Shown piece by piece: positions 53,000-62,591 of a stretch of DNA of 64,000 nucleotides (position 1 is its first letter; each line of letters opens with the position of its first letter). Origin of the DNA: Dehalococcoidia bacterium (GTDB taxonomy: Bacteria; Chloroflexota; Dehalococcoidia; UBA2979); NCBI GenBank assembly GCA_965200555.1, contig OZ241365.1, positions 920,605-984,604 on the forward strand. The letters are read 5' to 3'. A program made the position numbers and the translations under genes. The notes below the pieces were generated by a model. It saw only the letters and a list, made by a program, of their open reading frames with translations, was not told the DNA's origin and made no database searches.

Positions 53000-53920
53000 C
53001 TATCCCGCGCCCTGGATCGAGGAGCCGAACAGCCCGCGCGGGCGGACGATCAGCATCAGGATCAGGATCGCGAACGGCACCCCGGGCTTGAACCCGGTGT
53101 CGATCCACAGCGTCGAGACCTCCTGCGAGACGCCGACGACGAGGCCGCCGACGAGCGCGCCCCACGGGTTGCCGATGCCGCCGAGGATGACCGCGGCGAA
53201 CATCGGCAGCAGCAGGAACTCGAAGCCCGCGTCGAAGCGCAGCTGGGACTGCACGGCGAACATCACGCCGGCGACGGCCGTCAGCGCGCCGGCGATCACC
53301 CACGTCGCCTGGCGGATGCGGTCGGTGTCGATGCCGCTCGCCTCGGCGAGCTGGGCGTTGTCGGAGGTGGCGCGCATCGCCGTGCCGATGCGGGTGCGGT
53401 GCAGCAGCAGGTGCAGCGCCGCCGCCAGCACCAGCGTGAGCGCGATGATCAGCGCGTGGTCGGGCTTGATCCTCAGCCCGCCCGCGAACGCCCACGCCTC
53501 CTGGATGCCCGTCGAGTAGCGCTCCGGCGAGGAGCCCCACAGTCCCTGCACCACCGCCTGCAGCAGGATCGCGATGCCGAGCGCGGCGATCTCCATCGTC
53601 AGGAAGCCGCTGCCGCGCGTCCGCAGCCGCCGGAACACCAGCCGCTCCGCCGCGACCGAGACCGCCGCCACGCCCGCGCACGCGAACGCCACCCCCCCCA
53701 GCATCCCCCACCCGATCGAGAACGGCCCGATCGGGCTGCCCGCCAGCCCGAGGTTCACGACCACGAAGAACGCGAGGTACATCCCCAGCGTCATCATGTC
53801 CGCGTGCGCGAAGTTCGCGAACTTGAACACCCCGTACGTCAGCGTCAGCCCCATCGCCCCCAGCCCGACGATCGAGCCGACGATCACGCCGACGATGACG
53901 AGCTGGACGAACTCGATCAC
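53000..53920 (-). CDS. livH: Branched-chain amino acid ABC transporter permease (LivH-like)
   Basis: MIEFVQLVIVGVIVGSIVGLGAMGLTLTYGV... has the LivH signature, and the protein is 306 aa. Confidence 0.82.
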   Translation of the reverse strand: MIEFVQLVIVGVIVGSIVGLGAMGLTLTYGVFKFANFAHADMMTLGMYLAFFVVVNLGLAGSPIGPFSIGWGMLGGVAFACAGVAAVSVAAERLVFRRLRTRGSGFLTMEIAALGIAILLQAVVQGLWGSSPERYSTGIQEAWAFAGGLRIKPDHALIIALTLVLAAALHLLLHRTRIGTAMRATSDNAQLAEASGIDTDRIRQATWVIAGALTAVAGVMFAVQSQLRFDAGFEFLLLPMFAAVILGGIGNPWGALVGGLVVGVSQEVSTLWIDTGFKPGVPFAILILMLIVRPRGLFGSSIQGAG

Positions 53921-54690
53921 GCGCCGCCTCCGCCGTCCGCCGCCCCCGCCGCGGCGGCGCCGTCCGCGCCCGCCTCGGCGGCGTCGAGGCCGAGGAACAT
54001 GCGGCCCACGTCGGCGTTGGCGAGCATCTCCGGGCCGGGCTGCTCGTGCGCCTTGCGGCCGTCGACGAGCAGGTAGCCGCGGTCGGAGATGGCGAGGGCC
54101 TCGCGCGCGTTCTGCTCGACCATGAGCAGCGCGACGCCGCGCTCGCGCACCTCGCGCAGGCGCTCGAAGATGCCCTCGCGGCGGCTCGGCGAGAGGGCGG
54201 CGGTCGGCTCGTCGAGCAGCAGCACGCGCGGCTCCAGCATGAGCGCGCGCGCGATCGCCAGCGCCTGCCGCTGCCCGCCCGAGAGGTGGGATGCGCGCGC
54301 GCCGGAGCGCTCGTCCAGCTCGGGGAACATCCGCAGCACCTCGGCCGCCCGCTCCGCCGCGTCGCCGCGCCGCTGGTACCCCCCCATCTCGAGGTTCTCG
54401 CGGATGCTCAGCGACGGGAACACGTTCTCGGTCTGCGGCACGAACGACGCCCCCAGCCGCACCATCCGCGAGGGCGCCTCGTCCGTCACGTCGCGCCCGT
54501 CCAGCAGCACCCGCCCTTCCCCGACCGGCAGCAGCCCGAAGATCGCCTTCAGCAGCGTGGACTTGCCCGCCCCGTTCGGCCCGATGATCGTGACCAGCTC
54601 GCCGCGGTCGAGGCGCAGCGACACCTCGTGCACGATCATCACGCCGTCGTAGCCCGCGCTGACGCCCTCGGCCTCCAGCAGCGCGCTCAC
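53917..54690 (-). CDS. livF: Branched-chain amino acid ABC transporter ATP-binding protein (LivF-like)
   Basis: Walker A GPNGAGKST, the signature LSGGQRQ, and Walker B LLLDEP. The GTG start overlaps the livG stop (GTGA). Confidence 0.82.
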   Translation of the reverse strand: MSALLEAEGVSAGYDGVMIVHEVSLRLDRGELVTIIGPNGAGKSTLLKAIFGLLPVGEGRVLLDGRDVTDEAPSRMVRLGASFVPQTENVFPSLSIRENLEMGGYQRRGDAAERAAEVLRMFPELDERSGARASHLSGGQRQALAIARALMLEPRVLLLDEPTAALSPSRREGIFERLREVRERGVALLMVEQNAREALAISDRGYLLVDGRKAHEQPGPEMLANADVGRMFLGLDAAEAGADGAAAAGAADGGGGA

Positions 54691-55457
54691 CGGTACTGGC
54701 TCCCGAGGTAGGCGGCCTGCACGCCGGCGTCCTCCAGCACCGTGCGCGGGTCGCCCGTGATCAGCACGCTGCCGTTGGTCATCACGATCAGGCGCTCGCA
54801 CAGCCGGCTCATGAAGTCCATGTCGTGCGCGATCACGAAGAACGTGACGCCGAGGCGCTCGCGCAGGCCCTCGATGTGCCCGGCGAGGCGCATCGCGAGC
54901 GTGGGGTTGACGCCGGCGCTCGGCTCGTCGAGCAGGATCAGGCGCGGTTGCGCCATCAGCGCGCGCGCCAGTTCGAGCAGCTTGCGCTGCCCGCCCGAGA
55001 GGTTGCCGGCGTAGTTCCACGCCTCGCGTTCGAGGTCGACCTGCGCCAGCACCTCGTGCGCCTGCTCGGCGACCTCGCGCTCGCGGGCGGCGACGCGGCG
55101 GGGCCGCAGCCAGCTCTCCCACACGTGCTCGCCGGGCTGCTCCCCGGGCACGACCATGAGGTTCTCGAGCACGGTCAGAGCGCCCAGTTCCTGCGGTATC
55201 TGGAAGGTGCGGACCAGCCCGCGCCGGAACACGCGGTGCGGCGGCAGGCCGGTGATGTCCTCGCCGCCGAGGCGCACGCGGCCCTCGTCGGGGCGCAGCG
55301 ATCCGGCGATGCAGTGGAAGCAGGTGGTCTTGCCCGCGCCGTTGGGTCCGATCAGCCCGGTGATCGAGCCCTCGGCGACCTCGAAGGCGGCGCGATCGAC
55401 GGCGCGGAAGCCCCCGAAGCTCTTGACCAGCCCCTGCACGTCGAGCAGCGCGTCCAC
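54687..55457 (-). CDS. livG: Branched-chain amino acid ABC transporter ATP-binding protein (LivG-like)
   Basis: Walker A GPNGAGKTT, the signature LSGGQRK, and Walker B ILLDEP. The start is taken at the GTG (VDALLDVQGL). Confidence 0.8.
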   Translation of the reverse strand: MDALLDVQGLVKSFGGFRAVDRAAFEVAEGSITGLIGPNGAGKTTCFHCIAGSLRPDEGRVRLGGEDITGLPPHRVFRRGLVRTFQIPQELGALTVLENLMVVPGEQPGEHVWESWLRPRRVAAREREVAEQAHEVLAQVDLEREAWNYAGNLSGGQRKLLELARALMAQPRLILLDEPSAGVNPTLAMRLAGHIEGLRERLGVTFFVIAHDMDFMSRLCERLIVMTNGSVLITGDPRTVLEDAGVQAAYLGSQYR

Positions 55458-55605
55458 CGGCCCGCCCCGTTCGCGGCCCCGCCCCGCGGTCCGTCGCGGC
55501 GATGCTATCCCCGCGCACGGCGCGGCGATAGTATGCCGGCGGGCGCGGCGGCGGAGCCGGGGGCCGCCCGAGGCCCCGGCGAGAAGGGCGACGGGGGGCG
55601 GCGCA

Positions 55606-56490
55606 GTGGAGATCGGCGTCACGTTCCCGCAGACCGAGATCGGCGGCGACCCCGCCGCCGTGCGCGACTTCGCGCAGGCCGCCGAGGACGCCGGCTACGC
55701 CTACCTCCTCGCCTACGACCACGTGCTGGGCGGCGACCCCTCGAAGCACGACCTCGGCGGGCCGTACACCCACGAGTCGATGTTCCACGAGCCGTTCGTG
55801 CTGTTCGGCTACCTCGCGGGGCTGACGGGGCGCATCGGGCTGGTCACGGGCATCGTGATCCTGCCCCAGCGCCAGACCGCGCTGGTCGCCAAGCAGGCGG
55901 CCGAGGCGGACGTGCTGTCCGGCGGGCGGCTCACCCTCGGCGTCGGCATCGGCTGGAACCGCCTCGAATACGAGGCGCTGGGGCAGGACTTCGCGACGCG
56001 CGGACGCCGCTCGGAGGAGCAGGTGCGGCTGCTGCGCCGGCTCTGGGACGAGCCGCTCGTCACCTTCGAGGGCGAGTTCGACCGCGTGCGCGACGCCGGC
56101 ATCCACCCGCGGCCGGGGCGCCGCATCCCGATCTGGTTCGGCGGCGGCGCCGACGCCGTGCTGCGCCGCGCCGGACGGCTCGGCGACGGCTGGCTGCCCC
56201 TCGGCCGCAGCGACCCCGCGCGCGAACCCGGCGAGGTGCTCGCCCGCTTCGAGCTCGTGCGCGCCAGCGCCCGCGAGGCCGGGCGCGACCCCGGCGCGCT
56301 CGCCCTCGTCGGGCGCGTCGAGGCCTCGCGCGGCCCGCTCGAGGCGCAGCTGGAGCAGGCGCGCGGCTGGGCCGCGGCCGGCGCGACGCACGCCACGCTC
56401 AACACCCTCGGCGCGGGCCTGCGGACGCCGCGCGAACACATCGAAGCCGTCGCCGCCTTCGCCGAGGCGCGCCGGAGCGAGGGGCGGTGA
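55606..56490 (+). CDS. LLM-class (luciferase-like monooxygenase) F420-dependent oxidoreductase
   Basis: VEIGVTFPQTEIGGDPAAVRDFAQAAEDAGYAYLLAYDHV...ILPQR...TLGVGIGWN is typical of the TIGR03619-like F420-dependent LLM family. It has a GTG start. Confidence 0.7.
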   Translation: MEIGVTFPQTEIGGDPAAVRDFAQAAEDAGYAYLLAYDHVLGGDPSKHDLGGPYTHESMFHEPFVLFGYLAGLTGRIGLVTGIVILPQRQTALVAKQAAEADVLSGGRLTLGVGIGWNRLEYEALGQDFATRGRRSEEQVRLLRRLWDEPLVTFEGEFDRVRDAGIHPRPGRRIPIWFGGGADAVLRRAGRLGDGWLPLGRSDPAREPGEVLARFELVRASAREAGRDPGALALVGRVEASRGPLEAQLEQARGWAAAGATHATLNTLGAGLRTPREHIEAVAAFAEARRSEGR

Positions 56491-57767
56491 CGCCGCCCCG
56501 CAGGGGGCCGCCGTCGCCGTCGCCCCTGCTGCTGGCCGCGGCGGCGCTGTGCGCGCTGTTCGCGGCCGCCGCCTGCGGTGGAGGCGGGAGCGAGCCGCTG
56601 ACGATCGGCCACCTCGCGAGCTACACGGGGCCGCTCGGCTACATCGGGCCGGTGACGGAGCGCGGCGTCGAGCTGGCGATCCGCGACCTCAACGCCGCGG
56701 GCGGCGTGCTGGGGCGCGACGTCGTGCTCGTCGCCGCCGACACGGCGGGCGACCCGGCGCAGGCGGTGCGCGAGGCGCGCCGCCTGATCGAGAACGAGGG
56801 CGTGCACGCGATCGTCGGCGGCAGCGGCAGCGAGGTCACGCTGACGTTCGTCGAGGCGGTCGCGGGACCCCGCGGCGTGCCCGTGATCACGCCCTCGGCG
56901 TCCTCGCCGCGGCTGGCCTCGGCGGACGACGGCGGCTACCTCTTCCGCGCCATCTCCTCGGCCGGCCTGCAGGCGCGGGCGCTCGCCGCCCTCGCCGCCC
57001 GCGAGGGCATCGGCAGCGTCGGCGTGCTCTACCGCGACGACGCCTGGGGGCGCGGCTACTTCGAGGCGTTCGCCGCCGCCTACGGCGGCGCGATGTCCGC
57101 CGTCGCCTACTCCGCCGCCGGCCAGGCCTCGTACCGCGAGGAGCTGCGGCTCGCGGCCGAGGGCGGCGCCGATCGCCTGATCGCCATCTCCTTCCCGCCC
57201 GAGACCGCCGTCTTCGTCGCCGAGGCGATCGACGGCGGCTTCTTCCGCCGCTTCCTCTTCACCGACGGCTCGAAGAGCCTCGGCCTCGCGGACGCCGTCG
57301 GCGCCGGGGCGCTCGAGGGCTCGCGCGGCACGGCGGCGGGCGCGGACCCGTCGAGTCCGGCGGCGCTGGCCTGGGACGCGGGCTACGCCGCCGCCTACGG
57401 CGGGCCGCCTCCGGCCGGCTCGCCGCACGCCGCCTACGCCGTCGAGGCGCGCGCCGCCTACGACGCCGCCGTCGCGATCGCCCTCGCCGCCGAGGCGGCA
57501 GGCTCGCTCGGCGGCGTGGCCATCCGCGATCGCCTCCCCGCCGTCGCCGGGCCGCCCGGCGCCGCCTACCTCGCCGGACCGGAGGGCGTGCGCTCGGCCC
57601 TCGCCGCCGTGCGCGCGGGCGGGACGCCCGACTACGAGGGCGCCGCCACCTCGCTCGACTGGAACGCCGCCGGCGACGTGGCCGAGGGCCTCGTCGAGAT
57701 CTGGGAGTGGCGCGACGGCAGCATCGTCACCGCCGAACTCGCCTCGTTCCGCGAGGACGCACCGTGA
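56487..57767 (+). CDS. Liv-type ABC transporter substrate-binding lipoprotein
   Basis: Lipobox AAAACGG. It is homologous to both halves of the fused SBP (LTIGHLASYTGPLGYIGPVTERGVELAIRDLNAAGGVLGRDV...). The GTG start overlaps the LLM stop (GTGA). Confidence 0.75.
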   Translation: MTPPRRGPPSPSPLLLAAAALCALFAAAACGGGGSEPLTIGHLASYTGPLGYIGPVTERGVELAIRDLNAAGGVLGRDVVLVAADTAGDPAQAVREARRLIENEGVHAIVGGSGSEVTLTFVEAVAGPRGVPVITPSASSPRLASADDGGYLFRAISSAGLQARALAALAAREGIGSVGVLYRDDAWGRGYFEAFAAAYGGAMSAVAYSAAGQASYREELRLAAEGGADRLIAISFPPETAVFVAEAIDGGFFRRFLFTDGSKSLGLADAVGAGALEGSRGTAAGADPSSPAALAWDAGYAAAYGGPPPAGSPHAAYAVEARAAYDAAVAIALAAEAAGSLGGVAIRDRLPAVAGPPGAAYLAGPEGVRSALAAVRAGGTPDYEGAATSLDWNAAGDVAEGLVEIWEWRDGSIVTAELASFREDAP

Positions 57768-59941
57768 TCGCGCGGGCCCGCGCCGCGCTCGCCCGCCGCG
57801 CGCGGGCCGCGCTCGGGGCCGCGCGCCGCGCGCCGAGGCCGCTCGCGTCGTGGCTGCTGCTCGTCCTCGGGGCGCTGCTGCTGATCGCGGCGCAGCTCAC
57901 GCTCTGGACCGAAAGCGCGCTGTTCGACTCCGACGGCTTCGCCGACCGCGCCTCCGCGGCCCTCGGCGACGAGCGGGTGCAGGCCTACGTCGCCTCGTTC
58001 ATCGTCGACCAGCTGATCGAGCGCGGGTCGTCCGAGCTGGTGGCGGCGCGTCCGCTGATCGAGGCGGCGGTGCAGGCCGTGATCGGCAGCGCCGCGTTCG
58101 AGCAGCTCTACGACACGGCGCTGCGCCAGACGCACCGCGCGCTGCTCGGCGACGAGCCGATCGTGCTCCAGATCGTGGACGCCTCGGTGGTGGTGCGGAG
58201 CACGCTGGAGAGCTTCAACCCCGACCTCGCGGCGTCGCTGCCGGAGATCGACGCCTCGCTGGAGGTGGCGGACTCGGTCTACGTGGACGGCGTGCTGCGG
58301 GTGGCGAATGCCGTGCGCTTCCTCGCGCTCGCGCTGCCGCTGCTGGCCCTCGCCGCCTTCGCCGGCTCGTGGGCGGTCGCGCGCGGACGCCGGGGCGCGC
58401 TCATGCGCGTCGGCGTCGCAGCGGTCGCCGTCGCGCTGCTGACGGTGCTCGCGCTCGACGCGGCGCGCGCCGTGCTCGCCGCCGCCGTGGGCGGCGGGCA
58501 GGCCGGCGAGGCCGTCGAGGGCGCGTGGAACGCCTTCCTCGGCGACCTCCGCAGCTGGAACGTCGCGATCGGCGCCGCCGGCGCGGTGCTGGCGACGGCG
58601 GCCAGCCCGTGGATGGCCGGCCGCAGCCCCCTGCAGGCGCTGCGGCGGCTCGGCGGCCTGAGCGTCGCGCCCGGGACCGGCGCGTGGCAGCTGGCGCGCC
58701 CCCTCGCCCTCGTCGCCGTCGGCGCGATCGCCCTGCTCAACCCCCGGGGCTTCGCCGATCTCGCGATCGCCGTCGGCGGCATCGTCGCGATCTACCTCGG
58801 GCTGGCCGAGCTCGCGCGCCTGCTGCGGCGGCCCGCGCTGCCCTCGGCCGAGGGGCTGGCGCGCGCCGCGTCCGGGGCCGCCGCGCGGCGTCCGGCGGCG
58901 CGCGTCCCGACCCGCGCCGTCGCCGTCGCCGCGCTGCTGGCCGCCGGCGCCGTCCTCCTCTGGACGCAGCTGCCCGGCCTGCTGCCGTTCGGCGGCGGGG
59001 CGGCCGAGGCGCGGCCCGCCGTCTGCAACGGCCACGCCGCGCTCTGCGACCGCCGCGTCGACGAGGTCGCCTTCCCCGCCACCCACAACTCGATGTCCTC
59101 GGCCGCCGAAGGCTGGCTCCTCGCCACCCACCGCGACGGCATCGCCGCGCAGCTCGAGGCCGGCGTGCGCGGACTGCTGATCGACGTCTGGTACGGCTTC
59201 CCCACCGGCGCCGGCGTCGTCACCGAGCGGCTCGGCGGCGACCGCGAGGCGCTGGCCGAACGCTACGGCGAGAGCGTGATGGCCGCGCGCGACCGCGTCG
59301 CCGCCGCGCTCGGCGCCGACGCCTCGCGCGCCCTCTACCTCTGCCACGTCTTCTGCGAAGCCGGCGCGACGCCCCTCGGCGACGCGCTCTCCGGTATCCG
59401 CCGCTTCCTCGTCACCAACCCCGGCGAGATCCTGATCGTCGTCGTCCAGGACGAGGCTCCCGCCGCCGACGTCGCCGCCGCGTTCGCGGAGGCCGGCCTC
59501 GACCGCTACGCCTACGCGCACCCCGGCCCGGCCGAGCCGTGGCCCACCCTCGGCGAGCTGGCCGACCGCAACGAGCGCCTGATCGTGATGACGGAGAAGG
59601 CCGCCGCGGCGCCGCGGCCGTGGATGCATCGCGGCTTCGAGCTGATGCAGGAGACGCCCTACTCGTTCCGCTCCGCCGGGGAGCTGAGCTGCGAGCCCAA
59701 CCGCGGCCCCGCGGACGCCGCGCTGTTCCTCGTCAACCACTGGATCGAGGACGTGTCGCCCTCGATCGCGGACGCCGAGCGCCTGAACGCGCGCGACTTC
59801 CTGCTCTCGCGCCTGCGCCGGTGCGAGAACGAGCGCGGCCTGCTCCCCAACCTCGTCGCCGTCAACTTCTACCGCAGCGGAGACCTCTTCGCCGCCGTCG
59901 ACGAACTCAACGGCGTCGCCGCCGGGACGGTCGCCGAGTAG
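57764..59941 (+). CDS. Polytopic membrane protein with C-terminal PI-PLC-X-like (PLC-like phosphodiesterase) domain
   Basis: About 8 TM segments occupy the N-terminal 420 aa. The C-terminal FPATHNSMSS...GVRGLLIDVWYG...LYLCHVFCE resembles the phosphatidylinositol-specific phospholipase C X-box catalytic His region. The GTG overlaps the SBP stop (GTGA). Confidence 0.55.
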   Translation: MIARARAALARRARAALGAARRAPRPLASWLLLVLGALLLIAAQLTLWTESALFDSDGFADRASAALGDERVQAYVASFIVDQLIERGSSELVAARPLIEAAVQAVIGSAAFEQLYDTALRQTHRALLGDEPIVLQIVDASVVVRSTLESFNPDLAASLPEIDASLEVADSVYVDGVLRVANAVRFLALALPLLALAAFAGSWAVARGRRGALMRVGVAAVAVALLTVLALDAARAVLAAAVGGGQAGEAVEGAWNAFLGDLRSWNVAIGAAGAVLATAASPWMAGRSPLQALRRLGGLSVAPGTGAWQLARPLALVAVGAIALLNPRGFADLAIAVGGIVAIYLGLAELARLLRRPALPSAEGLARAASGAAARRPAARVPTRAVAVAALLAAGAVLLWTQLPGLLPFGGGAAEARPAVCNGHAALCDRRVDEVAFPATHNSMSSAAEGWLLATHRDGIAAQLEAGVRGLLIDVWYGFPTGAGVVTERLGGDREALAERYGESVMAARDRVAAALGADASRALYLCHVFCEAGATPLGDALSGIRRFLVTNPGEILIVVVQDEAPAADVAAAFAEAGLDRYAYAHPGPAEPWPTLGELADRNERLIVMTEKAAAAPRPWMHRGFELMQETPYSFRSAGELSCEPNRGPADAALFLVNHWIEDVSPSIADAERLNARDFLLSRLRRCENERGLLPNLVAVNFYRSGDLFAAVDELNGVAAGTVAE

Positions 59942-59994
59942 GCGCGCACGGCCCGACCTCGAACGAGGCGCCCTCCGGCGCCGTGCGCCTCGCG

Positions 59995-60675
59995 TCAGCG
60001 TTCGGCGGCCTGCCGGCGGAGCCAGTCGCGCACGAAGGGGTTGTGCTCGCGCTCGAAGCCGATCGAGGTCTCCTCCATGTGGCCGGGGAGGACGAGCGTC
60101 TCGTCGGGGAGGGCGAGCAGCTTGCCGGTGATGCTGTCCATCTCCTGCTCGTAGGAGCCTCCGGGGAAGTCGGTGCGGCCGATCGAGCCGCGGAAGAGGG
60201 TGTCGCCGCTGAACAGCAGGCCCGCGTCCTCGGCGTAGTAGCTGACGGAGCCGCCGGTGTGTCCGGGAGTGGCGATCACCCTCAGCCGCAGCCCGTCCGC
60301 CTCGACGATGTCGCCGTCGCCGACGTAGCCGTCGGGGGCGGGCGGCCCCTGCGAGGCGTCGAAGCCCATCTGCGAGGCGCCCGCCTGCCAGCCGTCGCGG
60401 AGCAGGCCGAGATCGGCCTCGTGGAGCAGGAAGCCGGCGCCGGTGGCGGCGTGGACGCCCTGCACGCCCATGATGTGGTCCACGTGGGCGTGGGAGTTGG
60501 CGATGGTCTTGATCGTCACGCCCATGTCGCGGGCGAGCGCGAGCACCTCGTCGTGGTCGCCGCCGGGGTCGATGCAGATCGCCTCGCCGGTGCGGCGGTT
60601 GCCGACGACCCAGCAGTTCTCCATGAACACGCCGACGACGATGCCGCGCACCATGAGTTCGTTCGCGACTTCCAT
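59995..60675 (-). CDS. MBL-fold metallo-hydrolase (glyoxalase II-like)
   Basis: HAHVDHIMG (HxHxDH), plus ATPGHTGGS, and later DTLF, ...GH.... Confidence 0.8.
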   Translation of the reverse strand: MEVANELMVRGIVVGVFMENCWVVGNRRTGEAICIDPGGDHDEVLALARDMGVTIKTIANSHAHVDHIMGVQGVHAATGAGFLLHEADLGLLRDGWQAGASQMGFDASQGPPAPDGYVGDGDIVEADGLRLRVIATPGHTGGSVSYYAEDAGLLFSGDTLFRGSIGRTDFPGGSYEQEMDSITGKLLALPDETLVLPGHMEETSIGFEREHNPFVRDWLRRQAAER

Positions 60676-60773
60676 GCCCGCATTCTACGCCCGCCGCGCC
60701 GTCGCGCGAGCCGCCCGCCGACGCCGCGCCTCGCAGCCCTCGATACGCCTCGAGGCGCGGCGCTACGCCGGGC

Positions 60774-60908
60774 CGGGGCCGAGCAGCGCGGCGGCGAGGA
60801 AGCCGACGGCGGCCTCGCGCACGTGCGGGGGCGCGTCGGCGTGGCCGCCGGGGTTGGCGAGCAGGCGCTTGTCGGCGGAGCCGATCGCGTCGTAGAGGGC
60901 GAGCGCGT
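60774..60908. repeat. 135-bp perfect direct repeat (copy A) of the 3' end of the alpha/beta-hydrolase gene; copy B at 61671..61805
   Basis: Identical strings from CGGGGCCGAGCAGCGCGGCGGCGAGGAAGCC... to ...GTCGTAGAGGGCGAGCGCGT at both sites. Together they flank a 762-bp lower-GC insert (60909..61670). Confidence 0.85.
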
Positions 60909-60922
60909 GGCGTCAGGCTGCC

Positions 60923-61570
60923 CTAAGCGCCCTTCAGGAAGGTCACCGTCACCTTGCCCTTGCTGCGGATACCGCGACGGCCCGCGAGGACGCTCAACCC
61001 GCCGGTCAGGATCAGCCGCCCGGCGTGGATGTGGCTCCCTTGCGTATCCTGCCCCTCGATCCGGTACCCGTTCCTGAGGAGTACGCCCGCTTCGTTCTCG
61101 TAACGCTCGATACCCTTGTCATCGGAGTCGTACTGCCGAACGACCACCGGCTTCGTGTAGCTGCTGGTGATCCGCCCCAGGTCATAAGCGCTGAGTCCGC
61201 CGGGCTGGCCGCCCTCGGCCAGTACCTCGTCGATCAGGCGCTGGTGGGCCGCGCGGTCGAGCGACTGCCGCAGGGTGGATTGCCGTGGATTGCTGGGGCG
61301 CACTGCGATGATGATCAGCCAGAGCACCAGCACGGCGAAGACCAGCCAGAAGACTGGCCAGAAGAAGGGTTCCAGCACGTCCGTGATGGTACGCGCTTCG
61401 GCGGTTCGCTCCGCGGGAGGCCCGAAACAGTCGTCGCGCGCCTCGCACGCTTGCCGAGCCCGCTCAAGCTCTGCAGCGTCCTGCGTCCGATCCTCTGCGG
61501 GCTGCTGTGCACACGCGATCATGAGCAAGGCAATCCACACCAGCGCCCCGGCCAGCAGCCGTCCGTTCAT
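60923..61570 (-). CDS. Lipoprotein-like membrane protein of unknown function (cassette gene), chimeric: contains a 64-nt near-identical copy of the atpF 3' end
   Basis: ATG at 61568-61570 preceded by a GGAAGGAAG RBS. The signal/lipobox is MNGRLLAGALVWIALLMIAC, and there is a second TM helix FFWPVFWLVFAVLVLWLIIIAV. The segment [20 protein letters not shown] is identical to the AtpF C-terminus; the DNA at 61207..61270 versus atpF 28819..28882 has 1 mismatch. The C-terminal ~90 aa is unrecognised. Confidence 0.5.
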   Translation of the reverse strand: MNGRLLAGALVWIALLMIACAQQPAEDRTQDAAELERARQACEARDDCFGPPAERTAEARTITDVLEPFFWPVFWLVFAVLVLWLIIIAVRPSNPRQSTLRQSLDRAAHQRLIDEVLAEGGQPGGLSAYDLGRITSSYTKPVVVRQYDSDDKGIERYENEAGVLLRNGYRIEGQDTQGSHIHAGRLILTGGLSVLAGRRGIRSKGKVTVTFLKGA

Positions 61571-61659
61571 CGGCGTGCTTCCTTCCGGGAACCTGCTCGC
61601 CGCTCCGCGCACCCCGCTGGCCGGGGCGAACTATACACCTCGCCTCACGGCGAGCGGCG

Positions 61660-62400
61660 CTACGGCGGATCGGGGCCGAGCAGCGCGGCGGCGAGGAAGC
61701 CGACGGCGGCCTCGCGCACGTGCGGGGGCGCGTCGGCGTGGCCGCCGGGGTTGGCGAGCAGGCGCTTGTCGGCGGAGCCGATCGCGTCGTAGAGGGCGAG
61801 CGCGTCCGCGCGCGGGAACAGCTCGTCGTCCCACTGCATCACGAACAGCACGGGGCAGCGCAGCCGCGGCGCGTCGGCGGCGAGGCGCGCGTAGAGGCCG
61901 GCCCCGGCGCCCCCGCCGCCGGACGACAGCCCGCACAGCCCGAGCACCGCCGCGCGCGGCCGCCCGTCGGCGGCGACGAACGGCAGCCCGAACATCGTGC
62001 CCATCGAGACGCCGCCGTAGGCGACGCGGGAGCCGTCGATCGCCTCGAGCGCGGCGAGGGCGTCGAGCGTCGCGCGCCAGTCGGCCGCCATCGAGTCGGC
62101 GGCGGCCTCGCCGTACCCGGGTTCCGCGGCGCCGGGGGCGGGGGCGCGGTCGCCGTGGAACGGGCCGTCGATGGCGGCGGCGGCGATGCCCCTCGCGGCG
62201 TAGGCGAGGGCGTAGGCGGTGCGGCTCTCGTCCCGCTTGTGGCCGGCGCCGCCGTGGCCGAGCAGCACCAGCGGCGCGGGCGTCCTCGCGGCGGCGGGCG
62301 TCCACAGCACGCCGGGCACGGTCGCGCCGCCGCGCGGCACGCCGAAGCGCCGCTCGGTTGCGGCGCCGCGATCCTCGGCCTCGCCGATCCACTCCAGCAC
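61660..62400 (-). CDS. Alpha/beta hydrolase (dienelactone hydrolase-like)
   Basis: GVSMGTMFG (nucleophile elbow GxSxG), a C-terminal ...GGHADAP catalytic His region, and a GTG start preceded by AGGAGGatcgAGGAGG. Confidence 0.7.
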   Translation of the reverse strand: MLEWIGEAEDRGAATERRFGVPRGGATVPGVLWTPAAARTPAPLVLLGHGGAGHKRDESRTAYALAYAARGIAAAAIDGPFHGDRAPAPGAAEPGYGEAAADSMAADWRATLDALAALEAIDGSRVAYGGVSMGTMFGLPFVAADGRPRAAVLGLCGLSSGGGGAGAGLYARLAADAPRLRCPVLFVMQWDDELFPRADALALYDAIGSADKRLLANPGGHADAPPHVREAAVGFLAAALLGPDPP

Positions 62401-62591
62401 GCCGCCTCCTCGATCCTCCTCGATCGCCGCGCCTCCCGCGCCGCGCGCCCCTCGGGTTGCGCGCGACGGCGCGGGAGCCTGTATGATGCCGCGCACCGCG
62501 GGCGTGCGCGCGCGCGCCGGCGCGGGTATGATGGCGCGCCGCGAGGCGGAGCGCCGCCGCTGCGGGCGGGGGCGCGGGAAAGGGCCTGACG

